Part shown: in pieces, positions 50,090-59,805 of the stretch
Position numbering within the stretch: the stretch's first letter is position 1
How the letters are laid out: every line of letters begins with the position of its first letter
Virus record (IMG/VR): IMGVR_UViG_3300009081_000009
Location: 64,001-128,000 of that record
From: a virus
Direction: 5' to 3' (one strand)
Length of the DNA stretch: 64,000 bases
Notes under the pieces: generated by a model
Database searches by the model: none
What the model saw: only the letters and a program-made list of their open reading frames with translations
Told to the model about the DNA's origin: nothing
Position numbers and translations under genes: made by a program

Positions 50090-51316
50090 ATGACTAAAAT
50101 TGACTGGGCAAAATTTACCGATCCGATGGTTGTATCTGGTGTTCGTTTGATGCAGCGTATTATGGAATTGTCATATGAGGCATATATCGTAGGCGGTGCG
50201 GTTCGTGATATTGCAATGGGTGATACTGATGTTCATGATATTGATATTGCTACAAACATGCCAATTGATGAAATCAAGAAGTATTTTAAGACTGTTGAAT
50301 ATGGTGGCGGTGAAAAACACGGTACTGTAATTGTTCATTTTGAAAAGTTTGATTATGAATTGACTCAATTCAGAACAGAATCTGGGTACAGTGATAAGCG
50401 CAGACCCGATCATGTTGAATTTGTTAAATCATTTGAAGAGGACACTAAACGAAGAGATTTTACCATTAACTCAATGGGAATTGATGCGTCTGGTGCATTT
50501 ATTGATTATCATGGTGGTATGCTGGATATTCAGCGTGGTGTATTAAGAACTGTAGGTGATCCTCATGAACGGTTCAGTGAAGATGCTTTGAGAATTTTAC
50601 GTGCAATTAGATTTGCTGCTAGGTTTGGATTTGTCATTGATACTCATACATTATATGCGATCAAAGAATTGGCCTATACAGTGCCTACTACTTCAATTGA
50701 GCGCATTAGAGATGAGTTATTTAAGACTATTGCTTATGGCGGTGTTAAATTCGCATGTGCATTGGAATTATTGCAGATTACTGGATTATGGAGAATCATT
50801 ATTCCAGAATTAGCATTAACTTCTCACAAAATTGAAGCAATTCGTCGTGCTGATACAGATAAACCAGAAGTTAATTTTGCTATCTTGATGAGTGGTATGG
50901 ATTATCAAGGTGTGAGTGATTTGTGCATGAGACTGACGTTTACTATTAAGGAAATGAAAACAGTTGCATTTATCGTAACTAAACTACGATCATATGAGGA
51001 ATTGGATGAAATTCCTAAAGTGGATGCGTTAGCGATTGTGCTTCATGGTGATTTTATGTTGCTTAGAAGTGTATTTATTTCACTTTATGAAAAAGATTTG
51101 GATAATTGTGCTGACATTATCCAAAAAATTTCTAAATTCAAAGAAGTAACAGATCGACAGAAAGTTGTGAACCAAATCATTCAGAGTGCTGGTTTCAGTG
51201 GTGCTCGATTTGGAATGGCTGTTAGTGAAGTTAGTAAATGGTTATTTTCTGAATTCGAGAAAGATTATAGACCTACTGATAGTGAAATTGAACAATTTGT
51301 AAAAGGATTAGTGTAA
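50090..51316 (+). CDS. cca: tRNA nucleotidyltransferase (CCA-adding/poly(A) polymerase family)
   Basis: VGGAVRD, DIDIAT, RRDFTINS, EDALRILRAIRF, ERIRDEL; promoter 49981-50009. Confidence 0.9.
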   Translation: MTKIDWAKFTDPMVVSGVRLMQRIMELSYEAYIVGGAVRDIAMGDTDVHDIDIATNMPIDEIKKYFKTVEYGGGEKHGTVIVHFEKFDYELTQFRTESGYSDKRRPDHVEFVKSFEEDTKRRDFTINSMGIDASGAFIDYHGGMLDIQRGVLRTVGDPHERFSEDALRILRAIRFAARFGFVIDTHTLYAIKELAYTVPTTSIERIRDELFKTIAYGGVKFACALELLQITGLWRIIIPELALTSHKIEAIRRADTDKPEVNFAILMSGMDYQGVSDLCMRLTFTIKEMKTVAFIVTKLRSYEELDEIPKVDALAIVLHGDFMLLRSVFISLYEKDLDNCADIIQKISKFKEVTDRQKVVNQIIQSAGFSGARFGMAVSEVSKWLFSEFEKDYRPTDSEIEQFVKGLV

Positions 51317-51317
51317 T

Positions 51318-52394
51318 ATGGTGAATTATAAAGAAGATAAAGATTTATTTGATGCGTTAGTTCCTAATGCATCGGCTCCTATCAAAATTGATATTTTTGA
51401 CTTTGATGGTACTATTTTTAATTCACCTGTTCCTAACCGTAAGTTATGGGATAGTAAAACTTATGGACGCTTGATGGAAGATTCTTCTCGTGGTGGATTA
51501 GGATGGTTCCAACATAATGTTACACTATCAAATAAGTATATTCAGGGATCTGATTTCAATTATGATGTCGTAAATGAAGTTAGAAAATCTATGGCTGATC
51601 CTTCTGCTGTAACTGTTATGTTGACTGGTAGAGATACCACGTTTACTTCGCATGTGTTGGAAATCTTGGCTAGAGAATCATTGGTGTTTGATGAGTATGG
51701 ATTTAAGCCAGCTCCAAAAGCAGGTGAGATTCGTACTACTACAATGAACTTCAAGCAGGATTTTATTAATGGATTGATTTCTAAGTATGGTGTGCGTAAA
51801 GTATCTATGTGGGAAGATAGACCAAAGCATGTCACGAAATTCAATGAGTTTCTGACTGCGATTGGTGTGAATAATGGCGTTCATTATATTGAAAAGCCAG
51901 AAGTTCACATGGAACCAGCTCTCGAACAAGAGTTGGTTCGTCATCTGATTGCATCGGCACCAAGTTATGCACCTCATCCACGAACAGAAAGTGTTGAACG
52001 TAAGAGAAAGCCATTATTTTGTGGAGTTTTCTTGTATAACGATTCGCATGATTTGTTAGTGGATGAGTTAGGAACTTATATTCCACATGACTGGAAAATT
52101 TTTGCGCATCATATGACTATATGTTTAGGTATGAGTAAAAATCCAACAACCGAACAGTATATTAATGATCACATCGGAATGGAAAGTAATATGACTGCTG
52201 TTGCCATTGGGATATCTTCTGATGCCATTGCAGTGAAAGTTGAGAGTGATGTACCAACTGATAATAAAGTTGCTCATGTGACTATTGCTACGCCTCCAAA
52301 TGGCAAGCCATATAACAGCAATAAAATTACGGAATGGAAGCCACTTGATACGCCAATAAAACTTTCTGGTCTAATTGACGCATTTTATCCGTAA
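51318..52394 (+). CDS. RNA end-healing protein: HAD phosphatase (Swiss-Army-Knife type) plus 2H cyclic phosphodiesterase
   Basis: FDFDGT, LTGR, WEDRPKH; C-term HHMTI and HVTI. Confidence 0.85.
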   Translation: MVNYKEDKDLFDALVPNASAPIKIDIFDFDGTIFNSPVPNRKLWDSKTYGRLMEDSSRGGLGWFQHNVTLSNKYIQGSDFNYDVVNEVRKSMADPSAVTVMLTGRDTTFTSHVLEILARESLVFDEYGFKPAPKAGEIRTTTMNFKQDFINGLISKYGVRKVSMWEDRPKHVTKFNEFLTAIGVNNGVHYIEKPEVHMEPALEQELVRHLIASAPSYAPHPRTESVERKRKPLFCGVFLYNDSHDLLVDELGTYIPHDWKIFAHHMTICLGMSKNPTTEQYINDHIGMESNMTAVAIGISSDAIAVKVESDVPTDNKVAHVTIATPPNGKPYNSNKITEWKPLDTPIKLSGLIDAFYP

Positions 52395-52414
52395 AATAAA
52401 GTATCTTATTATAC

Positions 52415-52837
52415 ATGAAATTAGGTGCTGGTTTTTTAATATTATGTCCTTCAACGTGTAGGATACTGACGGTTTTGCGAAATGATCCAGAACCCACGTG
52501 GTCTATATTGGGTGGTGGTTTGGAGAAATTCGAAACACCAATTCAATGTGCTAAACGCGAATTAAGTGAAGAAGCTGATTTCATAGAGAACAGAGACTAT
52601 GAAATCGTTTCTACACGTCCTATAAACATAGGTAAATACACACATTTCGTATATAGAACCTATCTAGCAGTATCAAAAACTGAAATAATTCCTAAATTAA
52701 ATTATGAACATGCTCAATATAAATGGGTTGATATTGATAATATCCCAGAGCCGAGACATTTCGGTCTTGTTCAATTATTGGAAGATGATAAGTGTATTAA
52801 AAAAATAAAATCAATGTATCAGGACAAAGATGGGTGA
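52415..52837 (+). CDS. Nudix hydrolase
   Basis: GGGLEKFETPIQCAKRELSEEA. Confidence 0.88.
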   Translation: MKLGAGFLILCPSTCRILTVLRNDPEPTWSILGGGLEKFETPIQCAKRELSEEADFIENRDYEIVSTRPINIGKYTHFVYRTYLAVSKTEIIPKLNYEHAQYKWVDIDNIPEPRHFGLVQLLEDDKCIKKIKSMYQDKDG

Positions 52838-53735
52838 GATTATAGTTCTTAAAGATCCTGTTATTAATGATCCATTTTCTAAAATTAATAATTTTACATA
52901 TGAATGGATTAAATGGTTTCCTTATGTAAAAATTGCTCCTGTGAATTATTCATTTTCCAATGATGATGTGATAGTAGTAAATATATGCGATGCACCAGAT
53001 CCATGTGCTCATTATAACATTAATCCGAAATGTAGTAAAATCGGCATTGTTCATAAAATAAATGAACAGAACCTAAAAATAATGAATGTATGTACGTATT
53101 TAATTTATTTAAGTCCGGTGATAGAATCAATTGCTACCATGGCAGGTATTCAGAAACCACATCACACATGTCCTAGATATCCATTATATGATTTTAATGG
53201 AACTGAGGTAACTCCCGTTGATTTCGCATATTTTGGTGGTTGGTTCAATGACACTGAATATGATGAGATTCATGATCATATAGTTAAATTAGATTCAAAG
53301 ATTCCAAAGAAAATTATTTTTAATATAGCATATACATGGGGAAATTCAGATGCTAGATTTAAAAAAATCAAATCTATTCTGGATACCGTAATAACAAAAA
53401 AAGAAATAAATAATAGACATATAATAGCACAAGACACACCAATGTCATTCCCTGTAATGCTATTTAAAACAAGAATTTCAAGTTATGGTGCATTGTATTC
53501 TAATTTACCTTCGATAGAAGAAACCCAAGATTTAATAAGTTCTAAGGATCTTAGCATATTAAATTATTCTATTGGTGAAAGTTCGATGTTGGCTGCTATG
53601 CAATCAAGCCATACTAATATTATATGTGATGATCATATTGATTTCATTTCATATTATAATGAAACACCCAAGTATACATATACAGATTTCGCAAAAGATT
53701 TTACATATATATCTAAAAAATATTTACTCAATTAA
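52830..53735 (+). CDS. Hypothetical protein
   Basis: ORF track. Confidence 0.6.
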   Translation: MGEIIVLKDPVINDPFSKINNFTYEWIKWFPYVKIAPVNYSFSNDDVIVVNICDAPDPCAHYNINPKCSKIGIVHKINEQNLKIMNVCTYLIYLSPVIESIATMAGIQKPHHTCPRYPLYDFNGTEVTPVDFAYFGGWFNDTEYDEIHDHIVKLDSKIPKKIIFNIAYTWGNSDARFKKIKSILDTVITKKEINNRHIIAQDTPMSFPVMLFKTRISSYGALYSNLPSIEETQDLISSKDLSILNYSIGESSMLAAMQSSHTNIICDDHIDFISYYNETPKYTYTDFAKDFTYISKKYLLN

Positions 53736-53759
53736 TATGTAATTTTGTATATTTGTAGT

Positions 53760-53975
53760 ATGAGTCAAATATGCATACTATTCAGAGGTTCATCTACTTA
53801 CATTAAGCTCAATTTTGAGCATAGTGAAATGGGGAATCAGGTATTTGCTGATTTGCATAATGCTAAATTAAATAAAAAATCTATACTGTTGCTAACAGGA
53901 GCGAATGGATATTCAAGATTCATTGAACCTAGAGCAATAATAGATTGTTATATAACACATAACATTAAGGATTAA
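53760..53975 (+). CDS. Hypothetical protein
   Basis: ORF track; probable start at the internal ATG. Confidence 0.5.
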   Translation: MSQICILFRGSSTYIKLNFEHSEMGNQVFADLHNAKLNKKSILLLTGANGYSRFIEPRAIIDCYITHNIKD

Positions 53976-53977
53976 CC

Positions 53978-54127
53978 ATGAATAAAAATAAAATTATATC
54001 CGTGCTTATTGATATAGCAAAAATTATATCATTTCTGAGTTTGGTAATGACAGTAGTTATAAAAACCCGAATACTACTTGGATTGCCAAATGGTGTCAAG
54101 ACAACGGAGAAGGCAAATGAAAATTAA
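53978..54127 (+). CDS. Small membrane protein (49 aa, not in ORF track)
   Basis: SD AAGGA; hydrophobic helix. Confidence 0.55.
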   Translation: MNKNKIISVLIDIAKIISFLSLVMTVVIKTRILLGLPNGVKTTEKANEN

Positions 54128-54392
54128 TCATAAAATTGTTACTACAGTTCTTAGATGGACAACATTAACTATTTTTGCTGTTGCGTTGGGATTTAAGTTA
54201 TATAATATATATAAATACGGTGGAACTAAAGCATCCTCACCTGTAAATCCAAACGAAGAAGAACCAACCCCAGACTATCCAGAAAGCGTTCGGGATTATG
54301 ATTATACACAGCCAGCACCTCCAGTAACTGGATATGGTGAGGCTGATGGTGATTGGAATGAAAATAACGCCAGTGCTTCTTATGATAGATAA
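54117..54392 (+). CDS. Membrane-anchored hypothetical protein
   Basis: N-terminal TM; SD GGAG. Confidence 0.6.
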   Translation: MKINHKIVTTVLRWTTLTIFAVALGFKLYNIYKYGGTKASSPVNPNEEEPTPDYPESVRDYDYTQPAPPVTGYGEADGDWNENNASASYDR

Positions 54393-54419
54393 GTTAACAA
54401 TATACTCTAGGAATTATAC

Positions 54420-56060
54420 ATGAAAATGAATGAATGGAATTTTGGTGATTCGTTTCCGTCACTTGAGATAGACACAACATATTGGCAGACCTTAAATGGA
54501 TTTGAGAAATTACAATACTTAAAACGATTAGTATTCCAAGAAAAAGATTTTGGTAATCGAATTAATGTTATTAATTTTATTTTGAGTAACTCAGCTAAAG
54601 TTGGTCGTAGTGTAATAAAAAATCCAGCAGCTAGAGAATACCTTGATATAGTTGAAAATTCTGCCAATTTGATTTCTATATTGGCAGCTACTGGTAATAT
54701 AGTTAAAGCTAAGCAGAATCATAAAACCATCAAGAATAATGAAATCGCTAAAATGATGGGATTTCCTAATGGTACTTTTGTCAACGAAACTAAATTAGAT
54801 ATTACAAGTGCTATGAGTGAGGCATTTGTTGATATTAGTGAATTTAATAAGAAAAAATACTTGTTAACTATTGATAATTTAGTTTCCGATGATGATAAAA
54901 AACAAAATGCATCACAAGCAAATGATGATAAGCAAGTATCTATATATAAAACCGTTAAGATGACAGGTACTATTGAGGGTGATACCAAATGGGGTATGAT
55001 TATCAAATCAAGTACATTAGCGATGGATGAGGAAGATACCACTACTCGAAGTGAGTGTAAATTATATTACGCTACGTCTGGTAGTAAGATGCATTCAGAA
55101 GTTCTTAAAGATAAATTACAGAAAATTTTATATGCATTGTATATTGATAAAGTTGATACATATAAAAACTTTGTAAAGATAAAGGGCACAAAACTTGAAA
55201 TATGCGAACGAAAGGAGATTGATATTGAAATAACGAATATCGATGTACCTCATTTGGTTCGTGGTATGCGAAAGGTTCTTAATGAAGGTTCTAGACGAGC
55301 AGTTACGTTCATCGGAGAACCCGGAACAGGAAAAACAATTTGTGTGCATAAAGTAACTAACGAATTCAGAGATAGATTAGTATTTTGGGTAAGTCCAGAT
55401 TCTATTAATAGCGTTGCTGGTATTCGTAATGTATTCAAAATTTTCAAGATGTTTGAAAATTCAATTATGGTGTTTGATGATTTGGATTCTGGCCCATTTA
55501 CAGGTAAGGATGAAGTCACTGGTGAATTCATTGCATATCTCGATGGCACAAACAATAATGATCTTAAAGGATTTATTATTGGTACTGTAAATGACCCATC
55601 TAAATTGCATGCTTCGTTAATTAATCGACCAGAACGCATTGATGATGTTATCTTGGTTAAGAATCCACAAAGCACTGGGGAAATTGCCACTATTATATTC
55701 TCTAAAGCAGCTATGAAAGGATACTATCCAGAAAGCGAAGCTGATGTATTTAGAGATGAAGATGGATTTGTTGGTACACTTAACTTTGAAATGGATAATG
55801 ATCAATTTATTGAAATTTGTCAGAAAGTACTTAACGCAAAATTCACACAGGCTCAAGTTGCTGGATTGATAAATTACTGCCATGTGTACTCAGAAGATTC
55901 TGTTATAACAATTAAACTTCTCGAAGAAAGTCTAAGTAAGAGAATTGAATCGATTCAGAATGCGAATAAAGTTGCTATTAAGGGTGGTAGACTATCGGAT
56001 TCCGATGCTATGTCCGATGAAGCAATGGCTAATTTGTCCAAGAAGAGTCGTAGCACTTAA
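54420..56060 (+). CDS. AAA+ ATPase
   Basis: GEPGTGKT, VFDDLD, TVND, RPERID. Confidence 0.9.
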   Translation: MKMNEWNFGDSFPSLEIDTTYWQTLNGFEKLQYLKRLVFQEKDFGNRINVINFILSNSAKVGRSVIKNPAAREYLDIVENSANLISILAATGNIVKAKQNHKTIKNNEIAKMMGFPNGTFVNETKLDITSAMSEAFVDISEFNKKKYLLTIDNLVSDDDKKQNASQANDDKQVSIYKTVKMTGTIEGDTKWGMIIKSSTLAMDEEDTTTRSECKLYYATSGSKMHSEVLKDKLQKILYALYIDKVDTYKNFVKIKGTKLEICERKEIDIEITNIDVPHLVRGMRKVLNEGSRRAVTFIGEPGTGKTICVHKVTNEFRDRLVFWVSPDSINSVAGIRNVFKIFKMFENSIMVFDDLDSGPFTGKDEVTGEFIAYLDGTNNNDLKGFIIGTVNDPSKLHASLINRPERIDDVILVKNPQSTGEIATIIFSKAAMKGYYPESEADVFRDEDGFVGTLNFEMDNDQFIEICQKVLNAKFTQAQVAGLINYCHVYSEDSVITIKLLEESLSKRIESIQNANKVAIKGGRLSDSDAMSDEAMANLSKKSRST

Positions 56061-56093
56061 TATTGTGACCCGTGAATAACGGGTCATTTCATT

Positions 56094-56438
56094 ATGATAA
56101 AATTAGCGTTACAACACTACTTAGCTGATTTAGGATTGGGTGTATTATTCGATAGAATTTCTAAAAATTTTATTGATACTATGCTCAGTCCAATTATTAT
56201 GCGTAATGGAGATCTGTTATTTACTGTTAGTAGAATATACAATGGTGGTAAGAGTATAAAACGTATTCATTTTACAATAATTGACTTTCCACCTGATATG
56301 AATCCAGAGTTATTTGTTGCTGAGATGTCAAATATTAATGTATTTTCTTATTTTTGTTCTGAATTTTTTATAAAACAACTGATCGAAGGTAAATATGGAT
56401 TTACTTGCGATGTATCTATAGAAGTCGATAACATATGA
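56094..56438 (+). CDS. Paralogous family protein (MIKLAL.H N-terminus)
   Basis: N-terminus shared with 56435, 57990, 58328, 58702. Confidence 0.65.
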   Translation: MIKLALQHYLADLGLGVLFDRISKNFIDTMLSPIIMRNGDLLFTVSRIYNGGKSIKRIHFTIIDFPPDMNPELFVAEMSNINVFSYFCSEFFIKQLIEGKYGFTCDVSIEVDNI

Positions 56439-56728
56439 TTAAATTAGCTTTACGTCATTTTTTAACGGATACTGCATTATCTGTATTTTTTGATGCGTTA
56501 CAAACCAATCTCATCACTACTACGCTAACTCCTATAGTTGAGGGAAGAAATGTTAGAGTTGACACACCAAGTTACACACTCGAAATTATGAATGTAGGTG
56601 GTGATACTACCGAATGTATACGATTTGGAAAAATTCTAATTGCTCAAATAATTTATATGGATATGCATTCAATCGTAGATTTTCTCGCTAATAATTACAA
56701 TCTAGAGGCTCATATTTATTTTAAGTAA
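56435..56728 (+). CDS. Paralogous family protein (MIKLAL.H N-terminus)
   Basis: N-terminus shared with 56094, 57990, 58328, 58702. Confidence 0.65.
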   Translation: MIKLALRHFLTDTALSVFFDALQTNLITTTLTPIVEGRNVRVDTPSYTLEIMNVGGDTTECIRFGKILIAQIIYMDMHSIVDFLANNYNLEAHIYFK

Positions 56729-56771
56729 AAAATTATTGACAAATTTACTAAAATGATCTATATTGTTATGT

Positions 56772-56858
56772 ATGAAGCAGATAAACACAAATATCATTAA
56801 CAGCATGGATACGGTTCTCGTATCTTCATTTGCTGCGCTTCCACCGAAAGGTGTATAA
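56772..56858 (+). CDS. Putative leader peptide MKQINTNIINSMDTVLVSSFAALPPKGV
   Basis: Starts 8 nt after the -10 of promoter 56736-56764; CCA-CCG codons; precedes two tRNA-Pro. Confidence 0.55.
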   Translation: MKQINTNIINSMDTVLVSSFAALPPKGV

Positions 56859-56891
56859 ATTTAATTTCACATATATAGTTTAAAAACGTAC

Positions 56892-56966
56892 CGGAATGTA
56901 GCTCAGTCTGGCTAGAGTGCATGATTTGGGTTCATGAAGTCGTGGGTTCGAATCCCTCCATTCCGA
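56892..56966 (+). tRNA. tRNA-Pro(TGG)
   Basis: CATGA-TTTGGGT-TCATG; C1:G72, A73. Confidence 0.92.
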
Positions 56967-56970
56967 TTAA

Positions 56971-57042
56971 CTGTGTGTAGGCTAGTGGTAAGTCGCTTGA
57001 TTTGGGATCAAGAAATCGCAGGTTCGACCCCTGCCACATAGA
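56971..57042 (+). tRNA. tRNA-Pro(TGG)
   Basis: CTTGA-TTTGGGA-TCAAG. Confidence 0.9.
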
Positions 57043-57098
57043 TAAAAAACATTGACTTTTTACTATATTATTCTATATTGTAGCAAGGAATAAACATT

Positions 57099-57725
57099 AT
57101 GGCAAAGATTCAAAAGAAAAAGAAAAAAATAAACGTAAATAAGTGTCCTGTTCTTAAATTGAACAAGGGATATATGCCTATTGATGTATGCACATGGGGT
57201 GATGCTATTCGTGACTGGTATACTGGTCGTGCTGAAATAGTACACTCATATGCAGAAGTATACTTACATGGTGGTATGGATGCACTTACAGGAGAACAAT
57301 TTGTTATGAATTGTCCATCTGTTATACGTATGTTGGATTCTGATGTTACTGGATATGGGATGGTTAGTGCTCTTCCATTAACCAGAAAAAATATTCTTGA
57401 TCGAGATAAAGGTAAATGTGCATACTGTGGTTGTGCATTAACTGTTAGCACAATGACAATCGATCACGTATATCCTGAATCTAAAGGTGGACTGTCTGAT
57501 TGGGCAAATCTACGTGCTACATGCCATAAGTGTAATTCCGATAAAGCAGATAAAACATTAAGTGAAATCGGATGGAAACTTCGTAGTCGAGTTGGTATAC
57601 CTACTCTTACTAAAGATGCGCCAAAAAGTATCATCGGTAAAATCGGTGGTAGAATTGGTGATGAATCTTGGAGAAAGTATATATATTGGAGTGTAGAGAC
57701 AACCGAAAAAATTCGAGATGTTTAA
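57099..57725 (+). CDS. HNH endonuclease (McrA-like)
   Basis: RDKGKCAYCG..TIDHVYPESKGG..NL..CHKCNSDK. Confidence 0.92.
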   Translation: MAKIQKKKKKINVNKCPVLKLNKGYMPIDVCTWGDAIRDWYTGRAEIVHSYAEVYLHGGMDALTGEQFVMNCPSVIRMLDSDVTGYGMVSALPLTRKNILDRDKGKCAYCGCALTVSTMTIDHVYPESKGGLSDWANLRATCHKCNSDKADKTLSEIGWKLRSRVGIPTLTKDAPKSIIGKIGGRIGDESWRKYIYWSVETTEKIRDV

Positions 57726-57736
57726 GGAATATAAAT

Positions 57737-57985
57737 ATGTCATTAATGAATGCACAAGAATTTAGAGAATTACAAGAGATGAGTAAGAATATTGCATCTC
57801 TTGCTAAATCAATGGATAAAACCAGAACAAGCAATGAGAAATTGGCGAGTAATACGGATAAAAAAACCATAGAACGCCAAAAACTTGATGCTATGACGGA
57901 ATTATCAAAAGCAATACGAGAAGCGACTGCCAAGATCACATCATCTATTGACGCATTGACTAAAGAAATTAAAAAGAAAGACTGA
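57737..57985 (+). CDS. Coiled-coil hypothetical protein
   Basis: SD AAGGA before ATG 57737. Confidence 0.6.
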   Translation: MSLMNAQEFRELQEMSKNIASLAKSMDKTRTSNEKLASNTDKKTIERQKLDAMTELSKAIREATAKITSSIDALTKEIKKKD

Positions 57986-57989
57986 TATA

Positions 57990-58289
57990 ATGTTTAAAAT
58001 ATCATTATATCATAAATTGGGAGAGATTTGTATAGATACTATATTCTATCAGATAAAGAAAAACTTTTCCGCACATAAACCCATGCGGATTGGTAGTAGA
58101 TATGATAGAATAACAATCGTTAGAAGTACTCATACAGGTCTATCTCACATGGAAACTTTCACTAATTGCATAATAACACATGTATATGAAGGGAAGTATG
58201 GGGGTAATCCAGTAACTTTATTTAATTTCAAAACTCCTGATGGTGATATGTTAATGGGATGTGAATTATTTGGTTCGATATTAGAATAA
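57990..58289 (+). CDS. Paralogous family protein
   Basis: MFKISLYH..IDTIF..KKNF. Confidence 0.6.
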   Translation: MFKISLYHKLGEICIDTIFYQIKKNFSAHKPMRIGSRYDRITIVRSTHTGLSHMETFTNCIITHVYEGKYGGNPVTLFNFKTPDGDMLMGCELFGSILE

Positions 58290-58327
58290 GGACACGTTAA
58301 GTGTCCTTTTTTAGTATATTATGATAG

Positions 58328-58657
58328 ATGATAAAAATATTATTACATAATATAATAATTGATTTTGCTATCTCTAATTTTTTTGAAGTTTTAAATAAAA
58401 ACTTTCCACCTAAAAGAAAATTACATTTAGATCCAAATGAATTATCTATCGGAACCTTTGTTTCATTTTATGTAGCAGGGACAATGCGCCAAGTACACCT
58501 AGATGCGCGGGTTGAATATATCAATAATGCTGATGGTATGATAGCATTGCAGAGTGTATATGATAGTCTTCCTATTTTTATTTTTGTTATGAGAGATTCT
58601 GTTTATAATGTGATGGGTGCTGGTTCTGAATCTTTATATGATTATGTCGGAAGATAG
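58328..58657 (+). CDS. Paralogous family protein
   Basis: MIKILLH..AISNFF..NKNFP. Confidence 0.6.
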   Translation: MIKILLHNIIIDFAISNFFEVLNKNFPPKRKLHLDPNELSIGTFVSFYVAGTMRQVHLDARVEYINNADGMIALQSVYDSLPIFIFVMRDSVYNVMGAGSESLYDYVGR

Positions 58658-58701
58658 TTAATGATAAACTATATAAGAATCATTAAATAGGTTGGTATAT
58701 C

Positions 58702-59073
58702 GTGATAAGTATTGCATTAAAACACTATATGTATGAACTCGCAATTGATACATTTTTTGATAGACTATCTGCAAATTTCCCAAAACAAAGAATACTACCA
58801 GTTATAGGAGAATCCTATAGTAAAATTGTTGACACTGATTTAAATGAAGCATTTTATGATTGTGTCATAATACCTATAAGTGAATTATCATATTATGATG
58901 AATTAATTGATCTAAGTAATGATGATGGTGCTGATTTGAGTGACTTGGCATTCGGAATTAGATATAGAGGATATGAAGATCTAGATGATCCAATGGAATC
59001 TGATAGATATGAAGAATATGAAGAAGCTCATTTTGAAAAAGATGAACTTGATTATTTAGTTTTTTATAAATAA
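58702..59073 (+). CDS. Paralogous family protein, acidic C-terminus
   Basis: MISIALKH..AIDTFFDRLSANFP. Confidence 0.6.
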   Translation: MISIALKHYMYELAIDTFFDRLSANFPKQRILPVIGESYSKIVDTDLNEAFYDCVIIPISELSYYDELIDLSNDDGADLSDLAFGIRYRGYEDLDDPMESDRYEEYEEAHFEKDELDYLVFYK

Positions 59074-59349
59074 TTGTATATTTACTCTATGTCTAGATAT
59101 TACGATAAATCCAAATATGAAATTGACTTTCCTATTGAAGGTGATTTCAATTGGGTGCAAATACACATAACTGATGAAAGTGATATACATTATGGTGGTA
59201 AACCAGCAGGTGTGTTACTTCATGATGGTAATTTTGTCGTAAATGGCTGTTATTATGAATCAGATCAATTTGAAATACTTAATCTAGATCCATTCGGGTT
59301 AAAGGCTTTTTGGGCAGAGGTGGAGTTAAAAAATGGCAAGTCTGCGTGA
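59074..59349 (+). CDS. Hypothetical protein
   Basis: ORF track. Confidence 0.55.
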   Translation: MYIYSMSRYYDKSKYEIDFPIEGDFNWVQIHITDESDIHYGGKPAGVLLHDGNFVVNGCYYESDQFEILNLDPFGLKAFWAEVELKNGKSA

Positions 59350-59518
59350 TTATGATGATTTATTGACGGCTGATATTAAAATAGACTATTCTAAGTTGGA
59401 TGATTCGTTTTGGGATGAAGTTATCAAAATGATGAAACGAAATGATAAAAAATTCGATATTTTAGAAAAATCATTGACTCCTACATGGGATGATATGCAT
59501 AGGAGATTTGATTTATGA
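59333..59518 (+). CDS. Small protein ending EKSLTPTWDDMHRRFDL
   Basis: C-terminus shared with the next ORF. Confidence 0.65.
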   Translation: MASLRDYDDLLTADIKIDYSKLDDSFWDEVIKMMKRNDKKFDILEKSLTPTWDDMHRRFDL

Positions 59519-59709
59519 CTACGAAGTTAACATTAAAAGATTTTGAACATCTTGCAAAAGTTCTTGATGAAAATCGAAATGCAAAGATTCCTGATTCGCA
59601 TTGGGTCGAGTTTGCAAAAAATGTAAAACGAAATAACGAAAGGGCTGAAGCGAATGAGAAAGCTATAACTCCAACATGGGAAGATATGAATCGACGTTTT
59701 GACCTGTAG
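59515..59709 (+). CDS. Small protein ending EKAITPTWEDMNRRFDL
   Basis: C-terminus shared with the previous ORF. Confidence 0.65.
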   Translation: MTTKLTLKDFEHLAKVLDENRNAKIPDSHWVEFAKNVKRNNERAEANEKAITPTWEDMNRRFDL

Positions 59710-59740
59710 AATCTTTTTTTACTAAAAGCAAAAAAAAGTT

Positions 59741-59769
59741 TTGACAAATACTGTAAAATAACCTATATT
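59741..59769 (+). promoter_or_regulatory. Promoter TTGACA-17-TATATT for Asn/Arg/Glu tRNA array
   Basis: Exact match to recurrent promoter. Confidence 0.85.
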
Positions 59770-59805
59770 GTATATATAACAAAAACTTGAACTATGGAAT
59801 TTAAT

